From NCBI GenBank assembly GCA_021613535.1, contig CP075495.1, forward strand, positions 2,480,001 to 2,544,000: DNA of 64,000 bases, in the 5' to 3' direction. Origin of the DNA: Adineta vaga. Taxonomy: Eukaryota; Animalia; Rotifera. The notes beneath the pieces were generated by a model that worked only from the letters and a program-made list of their open reading frames with translations, made no database searches and was not told where the DNA came from. The position numbers and the translations under genes are program-made. Position 1 is the stretch's first letter, and each line of letters opens with the position of its first letter. This document shows, one piece after another, positions 51,070 to 64,000 of this stretch.

Positions 51070-52577
51070 TCATTCGTTGTTTTTATTTAATTCATCAATA
51101 TCCAGAACTTTTTCACCGTCAGATTCCCAAGGTTTAATTGCATCATGTGGCCATCGAAGTACAAGTAAATCTGTTGATGATGCAAATTCTTCCGGAGCAT
51201 TTGTATCAGGTACGGGAGTTAAAATGAAATATTCAACTGAATTATTATCATCAGTAAATAATTCAGTTGATAGTTCTTGTACTTTTCGACATTTTTCATT
51301 TGTGAGATTAGAATTGTCATGGAGAAATTCATCTAATGATGGATAAAGTGAGGTAGATGTTGCAGTCGATTCCATAGCTTCCTGCACAATATTTGTAATA
51401 CGTTCTTCTTCACCAGGATCAAATGCAAGTGTCATTAGACCACGCATTAATTGACTATCCGGTGAGATATTATTTATTAATTGTGGTACTGTTGTCATCT
51501 TTTTTATTTTTGATGCTTTGATTTTTTCGTAAACTTCTAAAATTTTTGATAATGCAATACCGGATACACCACCAACTAATTTTCCTCCTACACTTCCAAT
51601 AACACCACCGACAGTGGCGCCAAGAATAGGAACTGGAATCAGGATTGTACCGACAATTGTTCCAGCTGTTCCACCTACTATCTACATAATACAAAAATAT
51701 GTTCTTTATTATGAGTCATTTTCAAAGTTTTAATTCTCACAGTGGTTGATGCTGATGTAACTCGTCTAACAACATATTTTTTCAGAGCAACATCACTTAA
51801 ACTTCCTTTGTTTCGTTCATTTTTCTTCTTTCTTATATCAATAAATGCTGAAATCGATTCTACTGTTGTCAAAATCACTCCCGATCCAACAGCACCAAGA
51901 AATTGTCCAAATGTTCGAACACCAACCATTGCTATATCTTTAACAAGCAATGCTGTTGGATCAACAATCAATAATGTTGCTGATTTTTCTTTTACTAAAC
52001 TACGAAATTTGATGATTTGTTCGGAATAATGTTCACCTGTTCGACACCATCGTGCCCAATGTTCACAATTATTTCCTATCAATGAATAACCACGTTTGCC
52101 AAGTTGAGAAAATGCACGTCGTAAAGTTTCTTCATTGGAAAAACATTGTATATTATCATAATGATGTAAATAAACATCTTCACTTGTACTTTTTAAATTA
52201 ACTGGCCATTCACTTTCAATGATAGCAGCAATATAAACTGAACCTTTCATTAATGCACTACGAGCATGTTCTAATGTATTAAAATAATGTATAACACGAA
52301 GATAGTTTGTTCGTGCTTCACAAACAATGCCATGATGTGCATAATAGAAATCAGTTTTATAAAAACTAACATGATCACCTGGTTGAAGTTTATTTAAATC
52401 AAGAATTTTCTCTTTTCGTGTTTTTTGAATACGTTTTTCATGATGAGTAAAAGCTTTGACAACTTCTAAATATTGAAAAACAAAATAAGAAAATAAATGA
52501 ATTTGTCTATCAAAAAAAAGAAACTTGCCTGTGAGTTGTTCTTTCAAATTCGGAACAAGTCGTTTTCGATCAAGCAT
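51070..52577 (-). CDS. LRAT/NC-domain (PLAAT/HRASLS-like) protein with glycine-zipper segment, 3 exons
   Basis: LQPGDHV..YAHHGIV..VIHY..YSLIGNNCEHWARWCRTG catalytic His/Cys motifs; then GGTAGTIVGTILIPVPILGATVGGVIGSVGG. Confidence 0.85.
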
Positions 52578-52970
52578 ATCTACAAAGAAATAAATAACTA
52601 AAACTTATCGTCGTTTTGTTTTTCAAGGAAAAAAAACAGATGACGTTGTGTTCTATGCATTAATATTGAGTTTGACGTAGGCGATAATGTAGTAGAAAGA
52701 ACAGAAAAGAAAAGAAAACAACTCATTCTGTTGGTCGTACTTGGTGCGCTAGTATCAATCCTATATGAGGGAAACATGACAATTTCGTACGCTATTGATG
52801 ATTTCACCCATTCGTAATAAAGATTAATCATCATTTGCAGTCAAGCAGTTATAAATCATATTAGAAATGCAAAACAGTATGATTACTATCGATTATTATA
52901 CACAGACAAGGAATAAAATTTACAAAAAACAAAAACAAACAAACGAGCGATACACATTGCAAAAGATCGT

Positions 52971-55900
52971 TTAAATTTTGCTATTATTTGGCGTAATTGT
53001 AGTTAATGATGAAGATGAAGATTCTGTTCCACGATAATCCGGTACTAAATCTTTTACTTTTAAACGCATTTCTGCTAATCTTTTTTCGCGTTCACGTTCT
53101 TTTCTTGCTTCAACTGGATGTTGTCGCCAAATAATAAAAACATTCTTTAAAAGTCTTTTTATACTATGTTCTTTTGCTAAATCATCTAAACGCCAGAGAC
53201 GAAGAATTTCTGTCTGTGTATAATCTTGCCAAAGTTTAAAACTATTGATTTTTAAACGATTGATATAATACCTTTCCGCACGTTCTTCAGCAATTTCAGA
53301 TTGTTGTTTATATCGTTGCCAAGAAGTAAAATATCGACGATAAAGTAAATGTTTATAGAATTCCAATGCACGAGATGTTTTGATCTCTATATCTCGCTGA
53401 ATTGTTTCATGCCAAACATTAAACGTACGTTGAACAATAATATAATTATGATGTTCTTCAGCAGTTTGCATTTGTTGATAGCGAATTGTGAGAAGTTTTT
53501 TCAAAGGATTCAATCCATAATAACGCATTCGAAAGAGTCTAAATATTAAATGGATGAAAATGAATGTGTTTGTTTTTTTCTCCAATGAGAAGAACTTACC
53601 GGCAATGAACATCTGCCTTTTCCGATAGTATCTGTAAACGTTCTTCGAATTGTTTTCGTTCTAATTCACGTTCTTTTTCTAAACGACGTTTTTCACGTGT
53701 TTCTTCTACTTTCAAGCGTTTCTCTTCTTCTTCTTGACGATTTTTTTCATCCATCATTTCTACAAAAGAAAAATATACAAGAGAATCGTTCACTTTCATT
53801 ATCATACGTTGTATTTTAGATATTTTTTCTTCTTCCATTGCTCGTCGTTTGATTTCACGTTCCGTTTTCAATTCATGACGTTTTCGTGCTCGTTCTTCCA
53901 TATTTAATAAGATTATATCATTTCTAGTCGAAGGCCGATCTGTAATTACTGATTGATTACTATAATAAAACCAAAAACAAATGAATGAAATGTAATGTAT
54001 CCTTTCGGAGATTACTCTAATCGACTGGTATTTAATTGTTTTTGTAATTCACCACGATTATGTGCTTGAATAAGAGCTGTAGCATGACGTCGATCAGTTA
54101 CCAATTGTTTTCGTTGTTTTTCTTCCATTTCATTCTGCAAAAAAGGAAAAATTTCCAGTTTTTATTTCAGAAAAAAAATAACAGAATTATGTTTTTACTT
54201 GTTGTGTTTTGAGTACTTCAAGATTTGATAATTGATTATGAATAACTTGTTGATCTTGTTGATATTTCAGTTCTTCAATCATTCTTTGTTGATCTAAGAA
54301 AAGATTCAATTTCAACTAGAATATATTAGAAGATAAAGTAGGAATAAACCTTTTAATAAACGATTCTGTTCTTTAAGCATTTTCATTTGTGTATTATAAC
54401 GATTTTCAAATGTATTCATAACACGTGAAGCTGATTTATGTTCAGCCATTTCATGGCGAATACGTTTTTCACGTTGTTTCTTTTTACTTAAATCTTCGTC
54501 ACTACTTGATAATTGATCAAAATCCAAATGCATACGACGTGTATCTGCTGGTATAGATATACCAGTATTATTACTAGAAGAAAAACGATCAAATTCGAAC
54601 AATTGTCTAATGAAAAATGAATCATACTTTGGTTGAAATTCTTCTTGTTGTTCATTTCGTGGTGATGATACTTGGAAGAAATCATCCAGTTTAATATCTG
54701 ATTGTGTTCTTGTTGTTAAAGATGGTTTATCACCGAATGTAACAGCTGAACGTGATCGAGAAGTTACGGAAGATGGACGAGGTACTATTGATACTCGTCG
54801 TGTTTTGGGTAGGTGATATGATTGTTGACGAGTAGTTGGAGTAGCTGAATTTGTTGTTGTTGTTGTTGTTGATGGTGGTAATTGTTCATTCCCCCAAAGT
54901 TTTCCAGTTGATGCTGCATCCAAAAACGAATCAATCTTTCGTTTTGTTGATTCTTGTTCATGTTTCAAATTCTTAGCAATCCGTTCATTACGAATATAGA
55001 TTTGCCATGTAATCATTGATCTAAATAAATAGCAAAAACAAATTGAATAATACGAGTAGTCATATTTATTCATCACTTTCGTAATAATGTTCGTTCATAA
55101 TGGGAAATTGCTTGTTGCATTTTCATTGAAAAGATTTTCATTTCAGTCATATGTATTTCGGTTTCTTCTTCAAGTTTTTTCGTTCGTACCATACTTTTCC
55201 ACCAATTAAATGATCTAAATACATACTTCTGAATAAAACAAAACAAAAATTAGACAGGTTTGAAATTTACTGAAACAATAATTTCCAATCAGCTAAAGCT
55301 GCTGCTCGACCCATTTGTAAACGTCGTTCTGATACGACATGTAACCAAGCAGAAAAATGTTTTTGTAAAATCTAATGACAGTATTTACAGAATAGTTTCT
55401 ATTTATAAAAATAAAATGAATGTTTATCGTACTGTTAAAGATTTCATTCGAAGAAAATCATCAACTAGTGTTTGTAAATGCTTTTCTTTCAAACCGTTTT
55501 GTTCTTTTAATGCAATTTCTTTTAATTTTTGTAATTCTTCTTCTTTACGAGTTCGTTCATGTTCCGCTTTAGTTCGTTCAAGTTTTGCTTGTTCATAATC
55601 TCGATGACTAGAATTAAACGAAAGTAAATTCGATATATGTTCAAGTATCAGTCTTGCAAAATAAAACAAATATGATTTATACATACTGTCGTCGTTGTTC
55701 GTCTTCTTGTGAACGTTTTTCATTCATTTCTTTTCGAATTTCTATCACATGCCGTTCAATCATTTCTTCTTCTTGTTTTGCTTTCAAAGTTCGTTCACGT
55801 TCTTCCTAAATACAGAAGATTATATCATCTAGTTATATGCACGAAGTGAATTTACTTTAAGAACAACAAGACGAGCTTGTGCTTCTGCTTCCTTTTTTGC

Positions 55901-56808
55901 CTGTAATTGTTTTCGTTTTACTTCTCGTTCTCGTTGCATTCGTTCATGATTTTCTTTAACCTATGTATTAAATCATAATATTAAACAAAACATAAAAATC
56001 TTCTTCTTATTTACTTGTCGATGTCGTTCTTCAATTTTTGTTTGAATATCAACTGTCATGGGTTTTGTTTGTTCAATTGCATTTAATTGTTGTCGAGTTA
56101 AAACTTCTTTACTTCTTAAATCTAAATTTTTCTATAATCAATTTATCAAATCAAATCAATCAAATACATACCATGAAGAATATCTTTGACTAGATCACTT
56201 TCATCACGTGTTTCATAATAAACACTTGGATCTTTGAACGTAAATAAATCTTTTGGTTCTCGTAAGAATTCCAATTGATCATCATCATTATCAAAACTCA
56301 GATTACATGCTTGTTTAACAGATCGAACATTTGCTTGAACAATATCATCATCATCATCGCCACTATCGTTCAGACCAGCTTCCAAACGGAGTTTTTCGTT
56401 AACCCATTCATCGAGAATTTCTCGTGCTTCTACAACGATCACAAATAGAACAAATAAGTTTCATAAAAACGAATGAACTCTGTTCGTTTACCTTTGTAAG
56501 TATTATCTATAGTTTTCGCATAAGCAGCTGCTTGATTAGCAAGTAATTTACCCGTTTGTCGACCAGATGAACGTGGAAAAACACTTTCAACGGCAGTGGA
56601 TGATGCATGTTCTACTTGACGTAACCAAGCGGAGATATCATCTAAATTGAGTTTTTTGGAAGAAAAATAAGACATTTTCATTTAATCATTTCACGAAAAT
56701 TTAGATTTTTTTCCTACCATTTTTTGTTGGTTTTGATGGTTTATCTAGAGCCGATTGACGTTTCTCCCAACGATATAGAGTTTTATGTGAGGGAGCAGCA
56801 TCATTCAT
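52971..56808 (-). CDS. CCDC191: CCDC191-like protein (coiled coil with Trp-containing Sfi1-like repeats)
   Basis: LYRWEKR..DISAWLRQVEHAS..AVESVF, EAREILDEWV, MEERARKR, RYYGLNP, repeated F..W motifs, ends KDLVPDY. Confidence 0.75.
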
Positions 56809-56950
56809 AATTTATTCTCAAAAGTCTGATATCTAAAAACAGTAATTCTCATGTACTCAAACATAAATAATCAAATAGATGCAAAAGACGATAACAATTG
56901 GCAGTGGCAGGTACTCCATCGATTTATTCCTTTCAATCGTCGATTTCTTC

Positions 56951-56964
56951 GTTACTATGACCAC
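56951..56964. promoter_or_regulatory. RFX X-box-like (GTTACTATGACCAC)
   Basis: ~140 bp upstream of the CCDC191 ATG; partial consensus match. Confidence 0.4.
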
Positions 56965-57481
56965 GAATTTTAGAATAAACATAAGATGTCGCCATTGTTT
57001 AGCAGGAGAAGAGATATGTTTATTTCTATATGTAGACAAATATCAATGCGCTAAATTAGTTTTCGGCGACGTGAAGAAATGACGCAGAAGCATTTCGTTT
57101 CCAGATTTCATTTAAACTATTATCATATCTGCTGTTAGGAATAAAAAAGTATTTTTAATGAATAATCGCGTTTTTCTTTGCAATGCTCTTCATTTAATTA
57201 ATTATTTTATAATGGCGCAGGTGATCCGTACTTCTGACTAAAGGCGTAAGTACGAAAAAACGCTATCGAGCGAGAAAGATCCTGACTTCTATTTGTAGTG
57301 TTTAAAAGGAGTACAAGTAAGGTTCAAGAAAAAGGTCAGTATTTTATAGTAAGGTTAGAACTCTCCTTTCTCACTTTTGTCATGAATTCAACAGAAAACC
57401 ATCAAAGTGATGAAAATAAGAATCTCATTTTTCAAAAAAAAAACAAAGATAATTTTCATTGAAATAAATGATCATGTTCAA

Positions 57482-58531
57482 TCATAAACCATTGTTGGCA
57501 CCAGTACCAATGAATTGCACCGGTTGATTGTTTGGTACATTGCTTCTATTCAATAAATATCGATTGATAAATAATCGAAATTCATTTCGATACGCTTTTG
57601 AAACTAAAAGATTTGTATATAAACTTGTTGATGCTGCTATATATAAAAGAAATTGATACGTAAGATAACTGAAAAAATTTTGCCATGCAGTTTCTTCTGC
57701 ACTTTTTGTTGTTTTTAATGTTATTGCAGCATAGATGTAATAAATTGGTGATGGTACTGCTGATATACAATAGATTGTAACATCAACACATAACATTCGT
57801 AATAACTGATAATCATATTTTTTAAGACGAATCGTATTAGGATTATTATTATTTGTTACCGTAATTACATTAGAACTAAGATTTGTATGATCAGGTAAAG
57901 GTTTAATACGTCGACGAATTCTTTGAATATTCTTTGCAGCAAGAATACTAAATGTAATCATCATACCTGGTGGAATAATGGCAGCTATAATGATAGCATA
58001 TGCAGTAAAAAAATATGGATATAATCCGGACATCAAACATCGATGATTTTGAATAGTATTGAATATAATCAAATGAATTGGTAAGATAAGCCAAATAAGA
58101 ATAATAAAAATTATAATATATCGAGCTATTCGTGGCCGTCCGAACGCACGAATATTCACATTAGGCGATGAAATTACATAACGATCAACACAAGCCATTC
58201 CAATACAACAACGTGCCATACTAAAAATTGCTGATATAAGATACTGACGAATTTTACAATAGAATTCACTGTACGTTAATGGATCTGTATGATATTGTGA
58301 ATAGAGTGTTGTTGATAATGCAAAACAAAGTACTAATGTATAGAGAAAATAAGCACTGCCCATATACATACTACAACTACTTGTTCGAAATGTTTTTCGT
58401 CGAATTATACATGCATTAAGAATATTGCCACCACTTCCAAAGATCAAAAAAAATGGCATAACGATGATAGACATTCGTGTTTGTATTAATGATAATGTTA
58501 AACTTAACGAAGATGTGGTGATGTTTGACAT
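57482..58531 (-). CDS. Rhodopsin-family (class A) GPCR, intronless
   Basis: Seven hydrophobic segments, GN in TM1, Cys at top of TM3, CVDRY, C-terminal SKAYRNEF. Confidence 0.9.
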   Translation of the reverse strand: MSNITTSSLSLTLSLIQTRMSIIVMPFFLIFGSGGNILNACIIRRKTFRTSSCSMYMGSAYFLYTLVLCFALSTTLYSQYHTDPLTYSEFYCKIRQYLISAIFSMARCCIGMACVDRYVISSPNVNIRAFGRPRIARYIIIFIILIWLILPIHLIIFNTIQNHRCLMSGLYPYFFTAYAIIIAAIIPPGMMITFSILAAKNIQRIRRRIKPLPDHTNLSSNVITVTNNNNPNTIRLKKYDYQLLRMLCVDVTIYCISAVPSPIYYIYAAITLKTTKSAEETAWQNFFSYLTYQFLLYIAASTSLYTNLLVSKAYRNEFRLFINRYLLNRSNVPNNQPVQFIGTGANNGL

Positions 58532-59481
58532 CTTTTAATAATGACACAGAATTGTAAAATTAAATGTAATATATCTCTGTAGAGAACCAATGAAGAAGAG
58601 AAGAATTTTCTAACGGAAGCACAATAAATTCTCCAATAGATTTTCCGTTGCAGGTGATCTTTGAAAAGAGTAGTTAGTATGAATTGTTTCTGTCATTTAG
58701 GATGCACATGATTTTCTTATTATAGCTTCATCATTATATGAACTTATAGGATAAAATTTTAATTTCATAGAAAGAACTTGGTTCAAAAGATTGTTGTCTG
58801 AATTATTGATAGATTATAAAAATATCTTAATGATATGAACATAATATAAAAGAAAAATTATCTAACGGTTCTTATTTACATTTTTTAAAAGTAGAACATC
58901 TCGATTTCAACATTTCTATATGAGTTTTACTTTGAAGCGCAGATGATGACTATATGTTTAACTATAAACACTTAAAATTAACTCACACGAAAGATCATGT
59001 TTTAAATAACAACAGAATCTTGAACACATGAAAAATAAACTCTAACTCTATTTTAATATTTTAAAATTTCTTCAAGTAATGATTAAACAAAATGCACAAT
59101 GTGTATTCATGAGAATTAGATTTGATTTTCTTTCATATCATCTTGTATATTGTACGTCATCTATTGATATATATATATGAACCAATGAAATCTATAAATG
59201 AATCAGATATATCATTGAATACATGCATATTCTTTTCTTTATTTATATTTTATATAAATCAAAAACAAAAAAACTTTGATCTTGATAAAAATGATTTTTG
59301 TCAAATATTCATACATTGTGACATAATCTATTCTTAAAAAAGAAAACTTATAATTATCTAAATTTTATCTATGTAAGTTAACATTTATTGACTTTCTTAT
59401 TATTTTAAAAGTTATTCTTACAGTTATTCGTTGAAATTTTGACAATAAATACACTATGAATTCATCTTAATAATCAATCAA

Positions 59482-61674
59482 ATGGCTAAAAAAGCAAAAT
59501 TACCGACCGAAAGTATTTGTTTATCTAAAATCTTGTTTTAAAATTTTTAGTCTTTATTTCTCTAGTCATTTGTCTCAGTGATGATGATGAGGATGATAAT
59601 AGCAATCATATTAATAGTAAAACTCAACCTGCATCTCTAACTCCTATCAAACAAAATGGAAAATCAATAAAAATGAATAATCAATCAATTGATTCAACGA
59701 TTTGGACTATTCATGAGAAAGATATCATTCATGTTTCTCCATTGCCATCGAAATATTCTGATAAATTCAAAAAACCATTTGAAGTTCGTTGTACAAGCGT
59801 GAATTTTGGTATCGTAGAATTTAGTGTCGAATCTGATATTTTATCAATGACAGAAACAGACTTTGAAATGAAATTAACAGGTAAGAAAAAAAATGATCAA
59901 TAAACAATTGATTATCATGTTTTCTTTAGGTGGTTTTACGGATAATTTAAATATTAAATTAGCCTATACAGATATACTTAAATTTTATTTTTCATTCGAA
60001 TCTTGTCTTCCAGTTGCATTTATTCATGTTCGTAATGAATTTGCTATACTTTTCGATAAATATATTCCTACATCGGACGAACATGGCAAAGGTTTTAATC
60101 CAAATTCTAAAGGTTGAAAAGATTCATTCATTTATAATTTGTATTTAATCAAAAATTTGTTGTTCTTCTTTACATAGATGAAAAACGACGTCATATTATT
60201 TTTTGTTTAAAACCATTAACATCAGATATGGAAAGAATACATATATCAACAATCTATCATTTCCTTAAAATAAAATGTCCGAAAAGTGTAAGTTTAGTTT
60301 GTTTTTAAAATAAATATCAACTCCTTTGTTTTTTCTTCGTATAGGATATTCAATGTATTAGTGGTTCACGAGCTGATGAATTATATAATCTCACTCGATT
60401 TGCAAAACTATCGATACCAACTCCGAAGAAAACATTATTCATTCTCAATACAAATGATTTGTATGTTATCGAAGAATGTACTGGAATGAATTCATTTCAT
60501 CATGATAATGATTTTCATTTCTACTTAGAATGGCTAAAACAGTTGGATTAAATAATAATACTATTCGATTTGATCTTTCATCGGATGATTTACATTGTTT
60601 AAATGAAGGTGAATTTCTTAATGATAATATCATCGATTTCTATCTACAGTAGGATATTTTGAATACTTTTCGATTGTTTGAATATGAATGGATTTAGATA
60701 TATCTATCATGAGAAAATATCAGAAGAAGATCGTCAACGTACTTATTTATTTAATTCATTCTTTTATAAACGTTTAACACAAAAAGATAATCGTGATAAT
60801 CCAAATATATCGTAAGTTGATAAATGATTTAGATTTTTGAGTACGAAATGTATTTTGTTTTTCAATGAATAGAGCAGCTGAACGACGTTATAATCGTGTA
60901 AAACGATGGCTTCGTGATGTTGATTTATTCACTAAAACTTATATCATTGTACCAATTAATCAAAATGCACATTGGTATATTGTTATTATTCAAAATTTAA
61001 ATAATGTTCCAACTGAAGGTGATCTTATAAGTGATGATGAAGATGATCAATATGGTAAGAAATTTCAATTTCATCAATATTTTCCCCTAATCAATTTTTC
61101 TCTAGATGATCGATTAAAATCGAAGAAACGAAGACGTTCATCAAGAATAATTCGTTCTACGAGTAATAATGTATCGAATAGTTCATCACCCAAAACAATC
61201 GATGATTTCATTGATGAACTTGATGATGTTGATGAAGTCACATCGGATAATGATGTACCATTAATACTTGATATAGAATCACTTGTTGGTACAAAAACTC
61301 GTTCACAATCGTCTGCAATAATCATCTTTGATTCATTACGTCTTGCTTCGAAAACACGTGTTGCAGCGACATTACGTGAATTTATTCAACTTGAATATGA
61401 TCATAAGAAAACGTTAACAAGTGGATCATTAGCTCGTAAATTATTCAATATCGATACAATTTTAACAATTGAAGCAACTGTACCACAACAACAAAACTAT
61501 TCTGATTGTGGTTTATATGTTTTACAATATATTGAAAGTTTTTTTACACATCTAACATATTCAACAATGAATAATCAATCGACAACATTTTCGAATTGGT
61601 GTGAAAAGAATTTGAAAGGTTCAACAAAACGAAAAGAAATTTTAAATGTTATTAATGAACATATTATTTCATAA
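59482..61674 (+). CDS. SENP7: SUMO protease, SENP6/7 (Ulp2) type, multi-exon
   Basis: [39 protein letters not shown], catalytic [16 protein letters not shown]. Confidence 0.88.
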
Positions 61675-62541
61675 GATCAATATATTCATCTCATTATCCG
61701 TATTTCACATTTATTACCCTGATGTTTAACATCAAATGTTAGTTCTTCTTTCTTTCTCTTTCTCACTTCTTTTCTTGTGAACATAGACAAATTTTTTTGT
61801 TACAAAAATTAATTCGACATAAAACTTTATGAATAGATTTTAAATTAAACAACTAACAAAAATGTTACATAATTGAAGTTTTATTCATTAAATTCAAATG
61901 AACGATACTTATCATGTTCAATCAATCAAAACAGGTCATTTTTCTATTCGTCAACGATTGAATACAGTGAATCTCTTTCATACAAGCTTCTTTTCTTTTT
62001 TACACATACTCATATTATTAACGGCAACATACATCCATCTATTTCAAAAAAAAAACGATGCATCAACTTGAACGTTCAAAGTTTGATTACGTCTGTACTT
62101 GGTCATGAAGTACATACATTTGATTTTTTCAATTTGAAGAGAAAAAGAACGTATATAACCTCTGCATAATAAGCGGATGGTAGAGAGAAGTATAATCATT
62201 GAAAAAAAGTTATGTACAACACAAAGAAATGACGATGGTAGTGGCAGTATAGGAAGAGAGAACTATGTGAAGTAACGACAAACGAAAGCTCTCTCTCTCT
62301 CCCCCTTTATATATATGTCGCTAAAGGTAGGAAACTGAACGAAGAAATAGAAGTTGTAACACATAAGAAAAAGGTCATGGTCTTCGGAAGAAAAAAAGTT
62401 GTATTGAATCGAGCTGAAGAAGAAGAAGAAGAAGAAAGAACAGAACATAGTGTTCTCGACATATACAACGACAGTAAGAAAAAAAGGAGGTAGAAGAAGT
62501 AGTAGTAGTAGAAAAAAAACCATTTAATATCTCTATTCAAT

Positions 62542-63844
62542 ATGATCTATAATGTTCAACTGATTTTTCTCTTACAAATCATAATCTGTTCGACATTTAG
62601 TAAGTGTCACTTAACTTGTCATTATAGTATCATTTATCTGCTGTCATAAATAGTCATCAATGCTAGCCGTCATCGTCGTCAAATATCTGATGGTACGAAT
62701 AGTATCGCAGGTGTACCACCGTTGTCGTCGCAAAATCTTCAAGGGTCTATACAATCAAATAACATTCCGTACAATCCATCGAATAATCCAAACATTGCCA
62801 TCACCAATGAACAGATCAATCAAAAACAATTAAATTCGAATAATCAATTCATTCCTCCTCCCTCACAAACACAAATAGATCCAATTCGTGGTCGTGGATT
62901 CTATAGTAGTTCAGCATTTCAACCACCACCATTTACAGGTGATAAACCATCAGGTTGGTTTGGTACGAGTCATAACAATTGGGTATCAAATCAAAATGGT
63001 GAATTAGATAAAAATAAATTAGCTGCAGAAAAACATGCAGCATCGAATAAGTAGATGAAATTTTATCATTGTCATAAATTTCTGCTTTGTTTCTCCTATT
63101 TGAAAAATAGAGTTCAAACGAATAATGTTCAAATGCGTCAAGATGGTGGACAATTTTTTCTTGCTAAAGTGGCGAAACAATATGCAAGTAAAGGTGTCAA
63201 AGCTTTTGATATGAGTCCACATGAAAGTAAGAATACGTCGTCATTTATCTATAATGAAATAAATTCTTTCATAGATCTTCAAGGACGTGGTTCTGTTTGT
63301 ATTAATCATGATAATTTTGATGGATATGTATTTGGTCGATTTCCATGTCCGTTACCAGCAAGTACAGGCATGAATCAACTTGATCAATTTTGTTGTGGAT
63401 TAGCTAATTATCAATATTGTTGTAATGCTCAGTTCGTATTCATTAAGAAAAGTCTTTCGAAATTATAATATATTTGATTTTTAAGAGAATTTAGTCAAAG
63501 TCAACGTGGTGTATATAATGATAATCGATATATGAATGATCAACGTTTTCCACGACGATCAACGTATTCTACATCAACGAAACGTATACTTACTATTATA
63601 ATACCTATTGTTAGTTTCATTGTTCTCACTGGAATTATTAGTCTCATTGTATTATATTATAAAAAATTTCGAAAAGAACAAAATCGAACGAGAAAACCAT
63701 CTGGAGCTATTCGATTAGAAGATAATTATTCAAGTAAAACATTTCCTATTAAATCAAATTATAGAATCAATTAATATTTTACTTTTAGTTGTTCCACAAG
63801 ATCCACCAGTTGATAAACTGGGCTATGCTTCGGATGAACAATGA
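62542..63844 (+). CDS. Shisa-like single-pass membrane protein, multi-exon
   Basis: Signal peptide exon; Cys-rich C...F.CP......FCCG..NYQYCC domain; TM ILTIIIPIVSFIVLTGIISLIVLYY followed by basic residues. Confidence 0.75.
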
Positions 63845-64000
63845 GAAATCACTCAATTGCGAAGTATACTTTGCGTCTCTTCGATCTATAATGTACATTC
63901 TTTTTTGAGTTTTTTCGTTAGCTAGTCTTTATACATTCACTATTCTTGAACAGTGTTTCGTTTCTTCTTCATAACCTATATATATATATATTTCTATTTC

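Noticed and set aside
1-64000. CRISPR arrays, rRNA, tRNA, intact transposons; most short ORFs in the track
   Set aside because: No repeat-spacer periodicity, cloverleaf or transposase/RT motifs seen; the short ORFs are antisense or off-frame shadows of exons, or intron read-through.

Overview
AT-rich, gene-dense eukaryotic DNA with many ~50-60 nt GT-AG introns. Intron size, composition and gene families suggest a bdelloid rotifer (inference, not proven). I hand-spliced about 23 protein-coding genes. Most are ordinary animal genes: TASK K2P channel, RNF217, ENTPD4/7, ODF3, ARMC4, CCDC92/74-like, ArfGAP2/3, RAPGEF1, an E-protein bHLH, a calmodulin-like protein, CEP152-like, WDR63, an LRAT-domain protein, CCDC191, a GPCR, SENP6/7 and a Shisa-like protein. 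The standout is a spliced, stand-alone bacterial-type DNA ligase D 3'-phosphoesterase (LigD PE) gene at 35651-36573. It sits between RAPGEF1 and the E-protein gene, keeps the catalytic residues, appears to need a 3-nt micro-exon, and has a possible mitochondrial presequence. Other notable items: a Nup98 paralog lacking Nup96 with HF-T at the cleavage site, a neuropeptide-like gene nested antisense in a WDR63 intron, a LURP-one/tubby-like gene, RFX X-boxes at the ciliary genes, and candidate HEBAlt-like alternative first exons. All family assignments come from motif recognition by eye; no database search was run.
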